Below are positions 59,428-64,000 of a DNA stretch of 64,000 nucleotides, in pieces (position 1 is the stretch's first letter; the number at the start of each line of letters is the position of its first letter). The stretch comes from Octopus sinensis. Its lineage: Eukaryota. The DNA is taken from the NCBI RefSeq assembly GCF_006345805.1, contig NC_043022.1:22754001-22818000 (forward strand), given 5' to 3'. Position numbers and translations under genes: made by a program. Below the pieces are notes generated by a model. The model was not told the DNA's origin, made no database searches, and saw nothing but the letters and a program-made list of their open reading frames with translations.

Positions 59428-59700
59428 TCATGGGAGCTGTGCTGTTTTCTGACTTAGTAGGCATGCCCATGCGTGTTAGACACATGGAGCTCAAAATCAT
59501 GCTCAGAGTTGTTGTTGGCACGATCGTTAATAATTTTGTGGGTGTTTACTAAGTGAGAGCTTCAATGTATCTCTGCTCAAGGAAGCAAGGTGTTCAGAAT
59601 TTGGGAGATGCCTGATGGAGGGTATTCACTTGGTTGCACGTCTCTGAACAGTTTCCAGGCCAATGTCCTGAACAAGATAGGGGTTCACGATATTGCAAGC
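59428..59700 (-). mobile_element. Diverged fragment of the same CR1 family as 37046..37660
   Basis: Nucleotide similarity to 37330..37610 (tcatgggagctgtgctgttttctgac ... gatggagggtattc.cttggttgcacgtc). Confidence 0.75.
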
Positions 59701-59719
59701 ATACTTCCTATATGTATTA

Positions 59720-60081
59720 TCTCTATATATATAAACGGCAAAATGTCTGTGTGTGTGTCCTTTATACAAATCCACAATTTTTCAGTTAGAGGGCTTGCAC
59801 TTTCTACGGTCATTCAAAACCGTCCAAGGGTGGTCGTGCACATCTTTACATTTCCCCAGTCACCCTGCAAAGCCATTAAAAACTCAATAGAAGTGACATT
59901 TTTATGAATTTTCTATCCAAAACCCAATCAAAATGCCCGAAACTTGATACGCCAATTGAATGCCAGCTAGCTGTATGTGACTGGTCAGAGATTTGGACAG
60001 TACTCGCGTGTATGTGTATGCACGCAGCTGTATATGCATGCACTAGCACTATGACCTGGCGTTGCTGGGTCATAGTGCTAG
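59720..60081 (+). mobile_element. Non-autonomous Helitron-like element
   Basis: A|TCTCTATATATATAAA 5' end; subterminal hairpin and ...GTGCTAG|T 3' end; inserted between A and T with no TSD. Confidence 0.7.
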
Positions 60082-60719
60082 TTAAAGATATTACATTAAA
60101 CATTGTAGCTAACTTCTGATTGGCTGAGGAAAGAATGAGGAGGGATTAGTTGAAACGTAAGATGAATCAAACACATAATCTGTAGCAATTTATTATTTTT
60201 TAAAGCGGATACAAATGTGTCACATATACCTTTATCTGATTGATTGAGATATTTGATGAATCATGTTTAGACATCAAAGAGGAAGTTTGCTTGATGTGTG
60301 AGGTGTGCAATAATGTCGAGTAATGAATTGCAAGACTTCAGCTCTGAAAAAATCTGAAAAAATTCATTATCCACTGTTTTATAGTTTTGAGTACTTTTTT
60401 GCTTAATTGTCTAATGTGTAAACATATGCACATATTTGAGCGGCTATGTATCTGGTATTCTTTTATACCTTTTACTTGTTTCAGTCATTTGACTGTGGCC
60501 ATGCTGGAGCACCACTGTTAGTCGAGCAAATCAACCCCAGGACTTATTCACAAACACAGACTTGGATAAACATGCATGCACGTGCACACACATACACACG
60601 CATATGCACACATACACATGCATATTCATTCATATGTACATACATGTAAGCAAGCATACCAGTGTGCAGGCACACATGCATGTGTGTGCACATGTACATG
60701 TATACACGTGCAAAACAAG

Positions 60720-61392
60720 TGATGGGCATTGGGGATTGGCATGTGTTGGGGGTTGGTAAACGTAGGGGATTGGTAAATGGCAGTCCTGCTCATGGAGTTG
60801 GTTGGTAATGGTGACCTTGGTGCAGGCAGTGCAGAGTAGCAGCTGGTACTAAGGTGGTATATCCAGGTTAAGAGGGTGGCGAGCTGGCAGAAACGTTAGC
60901 ACACCGGGAGAAATGCGTAGCCGTATTTCGTTACGTTCTGAGTTCAAATTCCGCCAAGGTCAACTTTGCCTTTCATCCTTTCGGGGTCGATAAATTAAGT
61001 ACCAGTTATGCACTGGGGTCGATATAATCGACTTAATCCGTTGGTCTGTCCTTGTTTGTTCTCTCTGTGTTTAGCCCCTTGTGGGTAGTAAAGAAATAGG
61101 TATATCCAGGTTGTCGGCAGTCAGAGACCTGAAATTTACCAGAAGGGCACATCTCTGGTGACAGCAATACGATAAATCATATTTCTAGTTGATGGATACT
61201 GCAGGTTGTTGGAGGATATGCAGTTTTTCACAGAGGCAGAGCGGGCAGTTGGGGGCACCAGGAGAATATGGTGATGCTATGTCGACAATAGTCTACTTGA
61301 TGCTGGTTATTTCATCTCGGAGATCACAGAGTTTCCAGAGGAAACAAAGAAGGGAAGTAGAGTTGTCTCTGTCCCTGGATCTGAATAAGTGC
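60720..61392 (-). mobile_element. Penelope-like element 3' remnant (GIY-YIG endonuclease C-terminus), interrupted by a SINE
   Basis: FRSRDRDNSTSL..LWKL..ITSIK*TIVDIASPYSPGAPNCPLCLCEKLHIL resembles the PLE W.I...A.PY....C.LCL.EK motif. Confidence 0.7.
60870..61098 (+). mobile_element. Full-length SINE family A with a 14-bp TSD
   Basis: GGTATATCCAGGTT at 60856..60869 and 61099..61112; A-box TGGCAGAAACG, B-box GAGTTCAAATTCC. Confidence 0.9.
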
Positions 61393-63454
61393 ATATGCTG
61401 GGAGTGTCTTCCCTTGAAGTCATTAGCCAAATCAGACTGGAGTCCAGAGCAGCACCCCAGCTTGTCAGCTCTAGTCAACCATCCAACTCATGCCAGCATG
61501 AACAACAGATGTTAAATGGTGATGATAATGATAATGATGATACATATGTATGTGTTATCTTTTTGTTGTGTCAGTCAGTGCACTGTGGCCATGCTGGAGC
61601 ACTGCCTTGAAGAGTTTAGTCAAACAAATCGAGCCTAATACTTATTCTATTGGTTTCTTTTGTTGAACCACTAAGTTACAGGGACATAAACAAGCCGATA
61701 CCAGTTGCAAAGTGGTGGTAGGGGACAAACACAACCACAAAGACAATCACACACACATATTTGTATAGTGCCTAGTAATGCCATCGGATGGTGTAAGGGT
61801 AGCTCTGTATACTATGGTCCTTGAGAGACAAGATTCATCTAGAGGGCACATGTTGCAGATTGAGGTTGGGGGTGGTGTGGGTGCATTTTTACATCTGTCA
61901 ATGCGTACCACCCCTTTCAACTTCCTCCCCAACTCCTAATCACCACATGATACCATAATTGTTTATTGATTATGTGAACATTATTCAAAAACAATTATTT
62001 GGAAACAATTATTCAAAAAACATTTATTTGAATGGAAAATTGTATGAATGAAATTTTATTCAAAAGGACAATTATATGAAATGTTAATTATTCTAAATTT
62101 TTTTAATTTTATTTAAACAAAAATGATAAAATTAAAAATCAAGTACACAAATGATATTTATTTTGAATAACTGTTCTTAGAATAATTGTTTTCGAACAAT
62201 TTTCATGATACTTGTTTACCTTAAACAATTCCCATGTTTCATATCATTTGATGTGGTTTGGCAAAAGCCTAGATTATACTAGAATGGTTTTAAGATATCT
62301 GCCTGGATTCAAGATCTTTATTCCTTTCAGACCAATCCTACTGGTGGGGTAAAGCACTCAAGGCGGTGCCACATAAAAGTGCCTGTGCAGAGCCACATAA
62401 AAAGCACAGATGTGACAAAATGTAAAAGTGCCCATGCGATGACATGTAAACATATCCAGCACACACTGTAAAGTGGTCGTCATTAGGAAGGGCATCCAGC
62501 TATAGAAACCATGCCAAATCAGACTGGAGTCTGGTGCAGCACCCCAGCTTGTCAGCTCTGGTCAAACCATCCAACTGTAAGTCTAACAGTATTTGGACTG
62601 TTGGACTTATTTTTGCAATTTATCCAGTACAGCCATTAAAGAAGTAAATAGTATTTTCCTAAACATGTACAGATGCGTACACTCTCATCAATACACATGT
62701 CCATGCAAAACTATATGAGCGTGTTTACACACCCACATATAGAATTATATACTTGCAAAGGCAGCCCCCTCCTTCTTCCTCCCTAACAACCTGAGTGACT
62801 TCTAATTGTGACATGGTCTATTTCCTGTCCTCCACGTGGTCAATTTCCTATTCGCCTATCGGTATTTTCCAACTAACTGTTACTGATATACCAACACCAA
62901 AACAGGTCACCGCATGACCTTCCTTGACCAATCGCAGCCCACCTTATGGTAATAACAATCAACTTCTGTCATTCAAATTGAAAATGGCTGAAGACTAGCA
63001 TCACACATGAAACTCAAGAGTACCAACGAATTTGAATCAAACTGTTTGATCCATAGATGTAACTCCCAATAAATTGGTTGAGTGCCTTTCTTTCATTTCT
63101 CCACACACTCGTGTATGTGTGTGTGTGGAGAGAGAGAGATTTGGTGATGCAAACAGGAAAAATATGTATTTGCCTATTGAATGGTATAAAGGGCAAACTA
63201 TTCGAAAAATATGAATTATCCACGTGACATTGTAGTTGTTTTTATGATTTGTTGCAGAACTAGCCAGGGAAATACTGTTATCACTGATATATAAATTGGC
63301 AACTCCTTGGTCTGTAACTCATTTGGTAAGCGCTGACACACAACATTCTTGGCCTTTGAGTCACTCTATTAATAGATAGATAGATAGATAGATGGAAAGA
63401 TGGATAGATGGAAAGATAGGTATCTATTTATCTATCTATCTATCTATCTATCTA

Positions 63455-64000
63455 TCATCATCATCATCGTTTAACATCCGTTTTCCATGCTAGCATGGGT
63501 TGGACGATTTTGACTGAGGGCTGGTGAACCAGATGGCTGCACCAGGCTCTAATCTTGATCTGGCAAAGTTTCTACAGCTGGATGCCCTTCCTAACGCCAA
63601 CCATTCCAAGAGTGTAGTGGGTGCTTTTACGTGCCACTGGCATGAGGGCCAGTCAGGTGGTACTGGCAACGGCCACGCTAAAATGGTTTTTTTTACATGC
63701 CACCTTAACAGGAGCCAGTCCAGTGGCACTGGCAATGATCACGCTCGAATGGTGCCTTTTACGTGCCACCGTCTTGGAAGCCAGTTAGCTGCTCTGGCAA
63801 CAATCATGCTCGGATGGTGCTCTTGGCACCCTACTAGCATGGGCACAAGTGCCAGTAAGGCGACGCTGGTAACGATCACACTCAAATGGTGCCTTTTATG
63901 TGCCACTGGCATGGAAGCCGGTTAGCTGCTCTATCAACGATCACACTCGTATGGTGCTCTTTGCACCTCGCTAGCACGGATGCCAGTCATCGAATTTGAT
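63455..64000 (-). mobile_element. SINE/short LINE family C with RTE-like 3' end, (ATG)n tail and an internal about 60-bp tandem array; runs off the window. Other copies near 18.4, 34.7, 35.2, 43.1, 53.1, 56.6 and 57.3 kb
   Basis: GGCGTTAGGAAGGGCATCCAGCTGTAGAAAC 3' motif; repeated GTGCCAC.GGCA.G..GCCAGT...GGCAACGA.CACGCT...ATGGTGC units. Confidence 0.75.

Larger units (their letters stand above)
59231..60549 (+). repeat. Dispersed direct duplication of about 167 bp (59231..59397 and 60383..60549) containing flank plus a SINE B tail
   Basis: Shared AGT..GAGTACTTTTT..CATATGCACATATTTGAGC.GCTATGTATCTGGTATTC and shared non-consensus SINE variant AGCACCACTGTTAGT. Confidence 0.85.

Overview
Eukaryotic, AT-rich, microsatellite- and SINE-dense DNA. 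The repeat families point to an octopus or other coleoid cephalopod (inference). The ORF track is almost entirely microsatellite and transposon noise; the real genes are spliced. I reconstructed two complete, convergent, intron-containing genes by hand with GT-AG junctions and consistent phases. (1) DJ-1/PARK7 on +: 5 coding exons, 3581..21717, 561 nt, 186 aa. (2) Mitochondrial 2-oxoglutarate/malate carrier SLC25A11 on -: 10 coding exons, 51497..23421, 990 nt, 329 aa. Their stop codons are 1.7 kb apart and candidate poly(A) signals nearly abut. The rest is a transposon mosaic: a decayed Chapaev3-type transposase, a long-TIR mariner derivative, hAT, piggyBac-like and 8-bp-TSD MITEs, a Helitron-like element, CR1, RTE and Penelope remnants (several with decayed hammerhead-ribozyme-like folds) and at least four tRNA-/RTE-derived SINE families. 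Structural oddities are a near-identical 2-kb tandem duplication enclosed by 131-bp inverted repeats, a foldback/template-switch array and sharp CpG-rich versus CpG-poor domains. I found no novel protein-coding system; the most unusual signals are non-coding and structural.
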